IMG/VR virus record: IMGVR_UViG_3300025715_000361
Location: 11,939 to 75,938 of that record
DNA length: 64,000 nucleotides
Strand: one strand, 5' to 3'
Origin: a virus
Lineage: Duplodnaviria > Caudoviricetes
Shown here: piece by piece, positions 9,457-18,031 of the stretch
Position numbering within the stretch: position 1 is the stretch's first letter
Layout of the letters: the number at the start of each line of letters is the position of its first letter
The notes under the pieces: model-generated
Told to the model about the DNA's origin: nothing
Databases searched by the model: none
Seen by the model: the letters and a program-made list of their open reading frames with translations, nothing else
Made by a program: the position numbers and the translations under genes

Positions 9457-10499
9457 TGGCTGATGAAATAGAAGTCATTTTAGTAACTGCGGAAGCAATT
9501 TCCGTACAAGTTACCGATGAAAAAGAGATAAATTTAAGGACTGAGGGTAGCCTTGTTTCCAACTCTGGTTCACACGGCACTTCAGGGACATCTGGCACTT
9601 CATCTGACGGTTCGCACGGGACTTCCGGCTCTTCTGGGACTTCTGGGACTTCTGGCACAGGGGAGTCCGGCACTTCTGGCACAAGTGGTACCTCTGGCAC
9701 TTCAGGTGATGGCACTTCCGGCTCTTCCGGGACAAGCGGTACTTCAAGTGACGGGACATCAGGCACCTCCGGCACATCTGGAACTTCAGGAACCGGGACG
9801 AGCGGCACTTCAGGGACTTCAGGTACAAGTGCGGAAGGGAGTTCTGGGACTTCCGGCACCTCTGGTACAAGTGGTACTGGTGAATCTGGAAGCAGTGGAA
9901 CATCGGGCACAAGCGGAACGGGGGAAGCTGGTAGCTCCGGCACATCAGGGACAAGCGGCACTTCAGGGGAGGGGAGTAGCGGGACAAGTGGGACATCCGG
10001 CGAGGACGGCTCATCTGGGACTTCAGGGACAAGCGGTAGCTCTGGCACAAGCGGAACCGGTGAGTCTGGGAGTAGCGGTAGCTCTGGGACTTCAGGTTCA
10101 AGTGGTGCGGGATCGTCTGGAACGAGTGGGACATCTGGTTCAACTGGGCTTACGGCAGTTGGGATTACATTTTTTGGTGCGGGAACGTCTATTTCTGCCG
10201 GGGTGCATGGATATGTAGCAATGCCTTTTAGTGCAACAATAAATTCTTGGTATATGGTGGCCGGTTCTGCGGGGACAATGGTTGTCGATGTTTGGAAAAA
10301 AGCCGGAAGCGTACCGACTGTTGCAGATACAATTGCAGGGAGTGAAAAACCAACTTTGACAGGGACTAATGTCGCAAGCGATACGAATTTGACGACATGG
10401 ACAGATGTAGCGGTAACTGCGGGAGACATCATTGGATTTAATGTTGATTCCTGTGTGGGAATAAACATGGCAACGCTTTCAATAGGGCTGAGTTTGTAA
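9456..10499 (+). CDS. Tail fibre-like protein with Gly-Thr-Ser repeat stalk
   Basis: ATG overlaps previous TGA; about 195 aa of (G-T/S-S)n followed by a beta-rich C-terminal domain. Confidence 0.8.
   Translation: MADEIEVILVTAEAISVQVTDEKEINLRTEGSLVSNSGSHGTSGTSGTSSDGSHGTSGSSGTSGTSGTGESGTSGTSGTSGTSGDGTSGSSGTSGTSSDGTSGTSGTSGTSGTGTSGTSGTSGTSAEGSSGTSGTSGTSGTGESGSSGTSGTSGTGEAGSSGTSGTSGTSGEGSSGTSGTSGEDGSSGTSGTSGSSGTSGTGESGSSGSSGTSGSSGAGSSGTSGTSGSTGLTAVGITFFGAGTSISAGVHGYVAMPFSATINSWYMVAGSAGTMVVDVWKKAGSVPTVADTIAGSEKPTLTGTNVASDTNLTTWTDVAVTAGDIIGFNVDSCVGINMATLSIGLSL
9564..10148 (+). repeat. Coding low-complexity GTS/GSS tandem repeat
   Basis: Gly every third residue; codons vary widely, so the repeat is conserved at protein level. 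Confidence 0.95.
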
Positions 10500-10500
10500 A

Positions 10501-11733
10501 ATGGCTTACAGAGGATTCTCATTTAAGCATGGCGGTACAGTTGCCTCAATGTGGCTTTGCATCCAAGGGTTCATGCAGAGCATTGGTTGGGAGCTGTACG
10601 ATGACATTGCATCAAATATAAAAGTTTACAGATCAAACGGGGAATCTGGAAACGAGCATTATGGATACGTTTATATGCAACAGGAAGCCACTTATATTGC
10701 GTATCGCTTTTTCCAGTATTGGGATTTATCCGCTCATGTAGGATACAGAGAACAGGTGATGGGCGGTACCACAAGTCAAAGGTTGGGCACTTTTGATAAT
10801 ACGATGGAATGTTTGCTCTGCGGAGACAAGGACATTGTTGCAATCATATATCCGGCAGAATCGAATACCGCAAATTCGTCCATTTGGTTTGGACATATCC
10901 CGAATAGGTTCGATAGGGTTACGTATGCGGATGGGACAGCAGGGACATCGGCAACGATATCGGTTGCATCAACCTCTGGGCTGTATGAAGGAAAGCAGAT
11001 ACAGATACTTGGTGCCGGGACAGAGGGATGTGAGAACCTTGACATAATAGAGATGGTCGATGCTTCTACCGTAATTGTAAGGAAGATGTCGAAGGACTAT
11101 GGGACAGGTGCGGTTATAGGTGTTCCGGCATCAACATTTGGATGTGCGAACCCATATGTGGCGGTAGAAAGATGGTATCCGACAACACATATATCAGATT
11201 TGGGAACTGCTGTTCAGTCGCAATATTACAGTATTTATCCATTAATGGCTCCTGCTGTGGCAACGGTTCAGCATCATTTTTCGAAAAAAGGGGCACCGGG
11301 GCCGTTATATTTTGTTTCTGATTCAGCCGGTACAACTGGTTGTATGGTTGGGTTTTTGTTAAAATACTTTCTATATGCTCGGAATGTGTCACAAACTTGG
11401 GACGCTTGCATCTATAACACTTCAGGAGAATATGGCACTTCCGCAACCGCATCCACATCAAGCGCAAACACATTGATTGAAACAGGCAGAACGTGGTCTG
11501 CGGATCAACACCTAAATAGAATGGTGCTTATTACAGCGGGAACAAACATTGGTCAATGTGCAAAAATAACGGGAAACGATGCAACGTCACTGTCAATAGA
11601 TGGAACATGGGGGACAACATTTGGAACATCAAGGTACCAAATCTGCGATCAATTGTTTAGAGCACAAAGATATTCTTTGTATAATTATTTGCAGTTGCGA
11701 GTAACTGACACTACTGCACCGGTTCTTACATAG
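10501..11733 (+). CDS. Tail fibre/receptor-binding candidate, paralog 1
   Basis: Shares N-terminus (IGWE.YD, VYRSNGESG.E.YGY, YQYW) and C-terminal DTT.P with next gene. Confidence 0.6.
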   Translation: MAYRGFSFKHGGTVASMWLCIQGFMQSIGWELYDDIASNIKVYRSNGESGNEHYGYVYMQQEATYIAYRFFQYWDLSAHVGYREQVMGGTTSQRLGTFDNTMECLLCGDKDIVAIIYPAESNTANSSIWFGHIPNRFDRVTYADGTAGTSATISVASTSGLYEGKQIQILGAGTEGCENLDIIEMVDASTVIVRKMSKDYGTGAVIGVPASTFGCANPYVAVERWYPTTHISDLGTAVQSQYYSIYPLMAPAVATVQHHFSKKGAPGPLYFVSDSAGTTGCMVGFLLKYFLYARNVSQTWDACIYNTSGEYGTSATASTSSANTLIETGRTWSADQHLNRMVLITAGTNIGQCAKITGNDATSLSIDGTWGTTFGTSRYQICDQLFRAQRYSLYNYLQLRVTDTTAPVLT

Positions 11734-11741
11734 GGGGAGAT

Positions 11742-13010
11742 ATGTCGTATAAAGCATATGAATTCAGGGCCGCAGACAGAGCGGCTTTCTGGGCCGCAAT
11801 TCAGCCTTTCATGGGTGAGATTGGGTGGGAGGAATACGATGTAATTGATGCTGATACGATAGTATATCGCTCAAATGGCGAGTCTGGGAAAGAGCCATAT
11901 GGTTACATTCATATCGATGCAGGGACATCCACATATATAGAATTTACGGCGTATCAGTATTGGAATTTGGCAACTCATACGGGAACAAGAAAGATGTGGG
12001 CATATAACACCCAAACGAATTCGAGAATTATTGGGTTTGGAGATTCCTATCCCGGGTTCATCCTTGCCGGAGACAAGGATTTGGTGTTTATGCTTTCAAA
12101 TGCGGAATCCTATTCACAACAAATTACAAGTTATGGTGTTCTTTTTGGGCATTTGCCAATACGGTTTGACACAAGATTGACAAACGCCGAAGGCACGGCC
12201 GGAACAGCGGGAACGATAACAGTCGAGTCGTCTGTTGGGTTTGGAGTTGGAAAATACGTGCAGATAGTCGGAGGAACAACCGGATGTGATTTACTGCAAA
12301 TTACTGAAATTGTCGATACAAATACGATAAAAGTTGCGTCTTTAGCAAGAAACTACGGTACGGGGGCGGTGCTTGGTTCTCCCGGTTCGACATTTGGGAT
12401 TATTGGTATTGGTCCCACAGTAGCTCAACGGTGGTTTCAAACATCATTTTATGGAGACTCAGGCACAACTGTCGGAAGCAGTTATTTAGCAGTGGGAAAT
12501 ATTGCAAACCCAACCGTGTATACAAACATGATGCACTTCACAAAGAAGTTCCATTTTGCTCCATTTGTGGTTGCAACTGATTCTGCTTCAAGCCCCGGAA
12601 TAATACTTGGATGTTATGGGACAAACTTTATGTATGGGAATTACAATTATGGGTATGAATTTTATGTAGAAAATAATGATGGGAGTGCTCCTGAAGTGGG
12701 AAGGACAACTGAGGGTGGCACAAACACTTTAAAGGATTCAAGGAAGTCGTGGACAGTAAACGAACATGTAGGTAAATTTGTTACAATTATGTCGGGTACG
12801 TACGCATACAAAGGCGGGACATATGGGATGTCAAAGAAAATTGCATCAAACACGGCAGATACTCTAACATTAGTTTCTGATTGGAATGTAGTTCCGGATG
12901 GAACAACAATTTATGCGATACATGATATTTTGTGGAGGGCTACGCCAACATATACGATTGGCCAAAACTATTCTTTAATTAGGATAACTGACACGACTGT
13001 TCCATCATAG
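11742..13010 (+). CDS. Tail fibre/receptor-binding candidate, paralog 2
   Basis: Paralog of 10501-11733; contains GTAGTAGT. Confidence 0.6.
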   Translation: MSYKAYEFRAADRAAFWAAIQPFMGEIGWEEYDVIDADTIVYRSNGESGKEPYGYIHIDAGTSTYIEFTAYQYWNLATHTGTRKMWAYNTQTNSRIIGFGDSYPGFILAGDKDLVFMLSNAESYSQQITSYGVLFGHLPIRFDTRLTNAEGTAGTAGTITVESSVGFGVGKYVQIVGGTTGCDLLQITEIVDTNTIKVASLARNYGTGAVLGSPGSTFGIIGIGPTVAQRWFQTSFYGDSGTTVGSSYLAVGNIANPTVYTNMMHFTKKFHFAPFVVATDSASSPGIILGCYGTNFMYGNYNYGYEFYVENNDGSAPEVGRTTEGGTNTLKDSRKSWTVNEHVGKFVTIMSGTYAYKGGTYGMSKKIASNTADTLTLVSDWNVVPDGTTIYAIHDILWRATPTYTIGQNYSLIRITDTTVPS

Positions 13011-13018
13011 AGGGAATA

Positions 13019-13267
13019 ATGGCGTTTAACTATTACGATGTGGAAGGGATAGAGAGTGGATTGTGTTCAACTGCGTTTGCGGAAGTGTTGCGTTTGGTGG
13101 CTTATAAAACTTTTATTGGATTCGCTACACCGGCTATACCGCCAACAGTGACAAGGATATCGCAAGCGTTGAATTGGAATTTGGGTGGAGGTGCGACAAC
13201 GGCAGGGACTTCTGGCACAGGTGGCACAACCATCGTTGTCGGTGGATCATATACATGGATAGGGTGA
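13019..13267 (+). CDS. Small Gly/Thr-rich virion protein
   Basis: 82 aa; TTAGTSGTGGTT. Confidence 0.6.
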   Translation: MAFNYYDVEGIESGLCSTAFAEVLRLVAYKTFIGFATPAIPPTVTRISQALNWNLGGGATTAGTSGTGGTTIVVGGSYTWIG

Positions 13268-13271
13268 TGAA

Positions 13272-13688
13272 ATGTTTGTTCAGATAGCACAGGCCGCACA
13301 GCAAGCGGCACAGGAAATAAAAGAACCCATTATAACGTGGAACCTTTTTGTAACTGGTTTTGGGATGCCACTCGGATTGTATATTTTGGGCCATTACATC
13401 AAACTGAAAATTGAAGCAAAATCCAAGGTGGATTCAGAGCTTGAAATTGAAAAAAAGAAGTCCTTGGAAACGTGGCAAGCCAACATGGAAAAGACGATCC
13501 TTCAATGGCAAGAGGGCGCAAAAGAAAGAACTGCGGGAATATGTAAAAAGCTTGATGAAATAAAAGATGAGGTGCACGCAAAGCAGGGAATAAGGGCTTG
13601 TGAAAAGAAACATGATGACATCGACAAAAAACACGATACTCTTGAAAAGAAGTTAAACCATATCGAAGAAAAGGTGTTTTACGCATGA
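13272..13688 (+). CDS. Holin-like membrane protein
   Basis: One N-terminal hydrophobic helix plus coiled coil; ATGA overlap with endolysin. Confidence 0.5.
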   Translation: MFVQIAQAAQQAAQEIKEPIITWNLFVTGFGMPLGLYILGHYIKLKIEAKSKVDSELEIEKKKSLETWQANMEKTILQWQEGAKERTAGICKKLDEIKDEVHAKQGIRACEKKHDDIDKKHDTLEKKLNHIEEKVFYA

Positions 13689-14053
13689 CGGAATTGCTTG
13701 AAAAACGACTGAGATTCACTCGCCATTTAACGGATTTAATAGTACACTTCAACCAGAAACCGGGGGTTGATGTGGCTTACGGGAGAGATTTTGATGAACA
13801 ATACGAACGAACAAAAGACGGGAAGCCCCTCCGTCACATGCGGGGCAGCCTTCATTATTTGGGCCTTGCCAATGATGTCGCTTTATATTTGCACGGAAAA
13901 TACCAAGAGAATACTGAGGCTTATGCTGAAATGGGAGCGTACTGGAAAAGCCTTGATGTCGATAACCGCTGGGGAGGAGAATTTCGGGACAAAAAAGGAA
14001 ACCCTGCTCCAGACGGATGCCACTTCAGTATCGAGTATCAAGGACGCAAATGA
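13685..14053 (+). CDS. Endolysin, peptidase M15 family
   Basis: SLHYLGLANDV, RWGGEF and DGCHFS zinc-peptidase motifs. Confidence 0.85.
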   Translation: MTELLEKRLRFTRHLTDLIVHFNQKPGVDVAYGRDFDEQYERTKDGKPLRHMRGSLHYLGLANDVALYLHGKYQENTEAYAEMGAYWKSLDVDNRWGGEFRDKKGNPAPDGCHFSIEYQGRK

Positions 14054-14646
14054 GAAGTCCTGAAATTGTCTTGGACAAGCGTTGGATGCCCGTTTTTTAT
14101 GTGATCGCTATGACTGTTAAAGACTTGGATATTAGAAGGATGATTATTAAGACGATTTCCGTCTATGTGATGGCATCTCTCTCCGTCTTTAAGCGGGCGT
14201 CCAATGGTAGCTTCGGCAATGATAATATGTTCAAATACATATCCCTTTTTGTCGGCCCTTGGATGATTATAAAGAAGAACCTTTTTGTATCCTTTTTTAA
14301 TAATGTACGGTTTCTGGACATATTTTCCGTAACAAGAGGAAGAACAGAATCTTGGCTTCTTACGATTGGTGCGATGATAAGCATAAAAAAGCTCTCCGCA
14401 ATATTCACATCTATTTTGCAATGGCTTGGGATTATGAGGCTTTTCGCCACGAATTATATGCCGATAATGCTTGCGACAGTATCCTCTACCGAAGTGAGTG
14501 TCTCCACATATAGAGCAGGTCTTTCTTGCTGGGGTAGATTTGCGTTGTTCATTAAAATTTTTCCCTGTTTGCCATTTCCCGTAACAGGTGGCAGAACAAA
14601 ATCTCTTGTTGATTGTTTTGGAACCACACACTTCACAAGTATTCAT
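14038..14646 (-). CDS. Free-standing HNH homing endonuclease with Cys-rich N-terminal repeats
   Basis: AAGGAGG RBS before ATG 14646; CxxC...FCS repeats; EHIIIAE...RCHHIDGNRLNNHPSNIQ. Confidence 0.85.
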   Translation of the reverse strand: MNTCEVCGSKTINKRFCSATCYGKWQTGKNFNEQRKSTPARKTCSICGDTHFGRGYCRKHYRHIIRGEKPHNPKPLQNRCEYCGELFYAYHRTNRKKPRFCSSSCYGKYVQKPYIIKKGYKKVLLYNHPRADKKGYVFEHIIIAEATIGRPLKDGERCHHIDGNRLNNHPSNIQVFNSHSDHIKNGHPTLVQDNFRTSHLRP

Positions 14647-14667
14647 AATAACCTCCTTTATGGAGTG

Positions 14668-14696
14668 AATATAATCATTTAATTTGAAGTTGTCAA
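14668..14696 (-). promoter_or_regulatory. Sigma70-type promoter for the HNH gene
   Basis: TTGACA-N17-TATATT on the minus strand. Confidence 0.7.
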
Positions 14697-14744
14697 TATG
14701 AAAGTCGATGGCAATCATTTTTCAATCACTTATGGAGGGAAATC

Positions 14745-14897
14745 ATGAGGATGGAGCAAGTAAGAAGGGAAAGGTGCGAAGCAATGTTTGAGGCGAGGAT
14801 GTGCGATCATTGCTTTGTAAAAGCAGATTATTGCAAGGTTGGAACAATTGAGCGTAGGAAAGAGGAACGCAGAAAACGGGAACGGAGGGGTGAATGA
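14745..14897 (+). CDS. Small Cys/Arg-rich protein (50 aa, not in ORF track)
   Basis: GGAGG RBS; ATGA overlap with next gene. Confidence 0.5.
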   Translation: MRMEQVRRERCEAMFEARMCDHCFVKADYCKVGTIERRKEERRKRERRGE

Positions 14898-15181
14898 AGA
14901 TTCTGGTTTGCGTTCTTTTTGTGGTGTTCTGCGTTGCGGGGTGCTGTATCGACAAATTTGGAAGAGTGTGGGTAGGGAAATGCTATGAGGGAAAGGAGAT
15001 TGACATGAACCCATCGGAAATTAAAAATGACAAAGATATGATTAAATATCTTCAGCAACAAAACGATATTTTAACAAAGGACAAGGAAAAGCTTACGGCA
15101 CTATTGGAAAAAAGAGACGTAGGGGAAGGACACCTTTTAGGAAAGAAGAAATGGGTTGAGCCCGTATGGTGGCAATTATGA
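14894..15181 (+). CDS. Lipoprotein, spanin-like candidate
   Basis: Signal peptide with VAG|C lipobox; coiled coil; lysis region. Confidence 0.55.
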   Translation: MKILVCVLFVVFCVAGCCIDKFGRVWVGKCYEGKEIDMNPSEIKNDKDMIKYLQQQNDILTKDKEKLTALLEKRDVGEGHLLGKKKWVEPVWWQL

Positions 15182-15302
15182 AATGGTACGATGTTTTGTT
15201 GGTTTTGGCAATGCTTTGCATGGTGTTGGGATTGGTGATGGTTGGATTGGGGTTGTTCTCAAACCACACCTATCATCCATTTTATTAGGAGGATATGCGG
15301 AC

Positions 15303-15875
15303 ATGATGAAACGACTACTGACCATCGGATGCGTAACGCTGCTCCTTGCGACGCTGATTGGGTGCGGTCCCTCGGCGTTGCAGATTCAGGCCGAGATTGC
15401 GTACTACGAAGCGATCGCCTCTATTCAGAAGAACCAGGCCGCTAAACCATTGGTAAGGATTGTGCCAAGTGATCCAACCAAGGCAATGATGATGGACAAC
15501 GTAGGGGCAATCGAAGTCTATCAGCAGGTGGCGGACAAGAGCATCGTCCAGTACCAGCAACGGGACTATTCCGAACCCGCCTGGCGTTTTCTCACGGCGG
15601 CAACGGGCATCATTGCACCGTGGGTAGGGGTAGGAGTGCTGGCCCATGAGTTCGGGCAGATGAATAACGGCACGACCTACAACTATCACAACGAGGTAGG
15701 GGCAGGGGCAACGGGGCAGTTCCGGGTAGTCGGCAATACAAGCGCAACAGGAGGGCCAGCGACGGGGATCAGCGACGCGACAAGCGTCCCCACAGTTGTC
15801 AACCCGGTCATCATGGAACCGAGCGTGCATATTGTGCCGCAGCCGGAGCCTATCATAGTACAACCAACCAAATAA
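15303..15875 (+). CDS. Lipoprotein
   Basis: AGGAGG RBS; MMKRLLTIGCVTLLLATLIG|C lipobox; Pro/Val-rich tail (ORF track start at 15156 is probably too early). Confidence 0.7.
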   Translation: MMKRLLTIGCVTLLLATLIGCGPSALQIQAEIAYYEAIASIQKNQAAKPLVRIVPSDPTKAMMMDNVGAIEVYQQVADKSIVQYQQRDYSEPAWRFLTAATGIIAPWVGVGVLAHEFGQMNNGTTYNYHNEVGAGATGQFRVVGNTSATGGPATGISDATSVPTVVNPVIMEPSVHIVPQPEPIIVQPTK

Positions 15876-15885
15876 GGAGGATAAC

Positions 15886-16074
15886 ATGGTAGCGTATATC
15901 ATCGACAGACTTAAGGAAGCATCGACTTGGCGTGGCATCATCGCATTTCTAACGGCGGCGGGCTTGTCCATCAGCCCCGAGTTGGGAGAGAAGATTATCG
16001 CCGTCGGCCTTGCCATCATCGGCGTCATCGGGATGGTGTTCAAGGACGGCAAGGGTGGAGCGGAGGTGAAGTGA
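15886..16074 (+). CDS. Small two-TM holin-like protein
   Basis: LKEASTWRGI...two hydrophobic helices; AAGGAGG RBS. Confidence 0.7.
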   Translation: MVAYIIDRLKEASTWRGIIAFLTAAGLSISPELGEKIIAVGLAIIGVIGMVFKDGKGGAEVK

Positions 16075-16220
16075 TGGCAACATTCTTCAAACTGCTGTTT
16101 AGTCTGCTTGGGTCGAACAGTGTTTACAAGCTCATTGACAAGGCGTTGGACAACTACCACGCTCTCACACCAGAGCAAATCGCGGCTCTGAAAAAGAGGT
16201 TCGATGACATCCCCGAGTGA
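16074..16220 (+). CDS. Small protein (48 aa)
   Basis: TGATG overlap; NYHALTPEQIAALKKRF resembles next ORF. Confidence 0.55.
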   Translation: MATFFKLLFSLLGSNSVYKLIDKALDNYHALTPEQIAALKKRFDDIPE

Positions 16221-16230
16221 TTATAAGACC

Positions 16231-16377
16231 ATGAACCCATTGATTGCAAGGATTCTGCTGACAGTTGCGATTAAGATGAAGCATTACGAGAACCTTACAG
16301 AAGATCAGAAAAAGGCTTTTCAGGAAGCCGTAAACAAACTGCCCGTAAGCGAACTGCAGACGGGAATGGAGCCATAG
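16231..16377 (+). CDS. Small protein (48 aa), possible paralog of previous ORF
   Basis: HYENLTEDQKKAFQEAV. Confidence 0.5.
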   Translation: MNPLIARILLTVAIKMKHYENLTEDQKKAFQEAVNKLPVSELQTGMEP

Positions 16378-16386
16378 GAGGATGGT

Positions 16387-16692
16387 ATGAAAAAGATTAT
16401 CGTAGTGATTTTGGTATTGTTGGCAAGTACAGTTTTTGCCGCTGATCCATACATTGTAACAGACCCTCAAGAGGGAGTTATCGGATATACTCTTGGCGGG
16501 TTGACGGATCAGACGGTTGCGGCACAGCAAGATGGATCGTTGCTTTATAACGTGCGGAGTGCTCCGATAGGAACAACCGAAGTAACAATTGCGGCTTGTA
16601 ATTTATGGGGGGATTGCGGTGCCTCCGTCCCTTTCGTTTTAAAACGGATCGTACCGGGGCCGCCTGTTGGGACACGATTCGAGGTCAGATAG
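16387..16692 (+). CDS. Secreted small protein
   Basis: MKKIIVVILVLLASTVFA signal peptide; beta-rich mature part. Confidence 0.7.
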   Translation: MKKIIVVILVLLASTVFAADPYIVTDPQEGVIGYTLGGLTDQTVAAQQDGSLLYNVRSAPIGTTEVTIAACNLWGDCGASVPFVLKRIVPGPPVGTRFEVR

Positions 16693-16693
16693 T

Positions 16694-17161
16694 ATGCGTA
16701 GAGTATTTCACATACTTGCCATTGTGATGATAGCGGCACAGGCATACGCATTGGATTGCAGTCACAAGCCCCCATGCCCTCCCGGCACAACGGCACAAGA
16801 GTCGGTTTCTTGCGATGCCTGTTGTCCTACTGGTTCATTCATTACCAGTGCAGAAGATAAGTTTTGTTGCCCAGAGGGTTATATCCCATCTCCAGATAAC
16901 ACAAACTGCATTCCAAAAGGGGCGTTCCTCAAGTCTGATGGAACGTGTTATGTCATGAATGAGACAGATGCCTGTTGTCTGGCGGGATGGCACACCGTAA
17001 ATCAGTATGAATGCTGTCCAGATGGTTTCACACTTGCTACTGATAATGAATTTTGCTGTACGCAAAGAGCGGACGGGAAATGTTGTGCTCCGAATTTCAG
17101 GTTGAATGTACTGACTGGACGTTGCATTCCCCCGAAGCCAACGGGGGTGATGTTAAGGTGA
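16694..17161 (+). CDS. Secreted cysteine-rich protein (18 Cys)
   Basis: Signal peptide (AYA); repeated CC motifs, three of them CCPxG. Confidence 0.7.
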   Translation: MRRVFHILAIVMIAAQAYALDCSHKPPCPPGTTAQESVSCDACCPTGSFITSAEDKFCCPEGYIPSPDNTNCIPKGAFLKSDGTCYVMNETDACCLAGWHTVNQYECCPDGFTLATDNEFCCTQRADGKCCAPNFRLNVLTGRCIPPKPTGVMLR

Positions 17162-17391
17162 AGTCGTTAGAGGAAAGAAGGAAATCGGATAGGGAAAGAC
17201 AGGCAAAGTGCCGAAACAAGAAACTGGAGAAAGAGTTTTACGCAGAATTTTCCAAACTCAAAACCATGAAGGAGGGGGCAGAATGGATGAGGATGAGGAG
17301 AATAAACCAGTGGAAACCGCCGTTAAAAGATATGGAAGCAATATGGAGGGAATTGCATGGTGACTGTGAAAGTCGGCAAGGCTGTGAGTGA
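17158..17391 (+). CDS. Basic hypothetical protein
   Basis: GTGA overlap with previous gene; 77 aa. Confidence 0.55.
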   Translation: MKSLEERRKSDRERQAKCRNKKLEKEFYAEFSKLKTMKEGAEWMRMRRINQWKPPLKDMEAIWRELHGDCESRQGCE

Positions 17392-17926
17392 AGACATTAT
17401 CACGATAAAGGAAGTCCACAACATTCCACAGGAGAAGTTACCGGCAATATGTTTTTGCAACGGGTTTACTTCTCTTTTTGGGATGCTGATTTCGTTGCGG
17501 ACAAACGAGTATTATAACCATTTCATGATGCTTACAAGCCCTCATGAATTCGCAAGCCAATGGTGGTGGTACAAGAAATTCCCGGTGGAGCATTTTTCTA
17601 AACACGCCATTAAAATCGTTTGGAACGAAAATTGGACGGATGTCCAGAGGAAGGTGATACTCCAATCGGTTGAAAACCGCATGAAAGAAGGGCCGTGGAA
17701 AACGAGGTATGACATCCTTGGGGTTATCGGACAGGCTATCGGGGTTCCAAGTCTCCAGAACAAGAAACTGGATTACTGCTCCGAAACAATCAAGCATATT
17801 GCTTTGGTTGATCCTGAATGTGCGAAGTTTTTGGATAGTGAACCGCACCCGAGGCCGGAAGAAATTAACGATTGGGTAAAAACGCAATCAGGATACAGAA
17901 CCTTGGCAAGAGTGGTACCAGAATAG
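17357..17926 (+). CDS. Permuted papain-like amidase (YiiX/YebB-like NlpC/P60)
   Basis: His (YNHF) precedes RYDILGVIG...LDYCSE catalytic Cys motif. Confidence 0.65.
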   Translation: MVTVKVGKAVSEDIITIKEVHNIPQEKLPAICFCNGFTSLFGMLISLRTNEYYNHFMMLTSPHEFASQWWWYKKFPVEHFSKHAIKIVWNENWTDVQRKVILQSVENRMKEGPWKTRYDILGVIGQAIGVPSLQNKKLDYCSETIKHIALVDPECAKFLDSEPHPRPEEINDWVKTQSGYRTLARVVPE

Positions 17927-17931
17927 GTTAT

Positions 17932-18031
17932 GCTTCGGGGGATAGGCTTATAACCGAAAGCCGGACTCCCTCACCGGCCCTCCCCCGAAGCCACTTACAA
18001 GAGGGATACCCTACGAGGGATAGGAGGATTC
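17932..18031 (+). promoter_or_regulatory. Structured RNA leader of the glycosyltransferase gene
   Basis: Perfect 11-bp stem GCTTCGGGGGA/TCCCCCGAAGC enclosing inner stems; loop TCCCTC complementary to GAGGGA copies beside the RBS. Confidence 0.45.

Noticed and set aside
9296-10522. 408-aa minus-strand ORF
   Set aside because: Antisense shadow of the GTS repeat (Pro/Glu/Val pattern)
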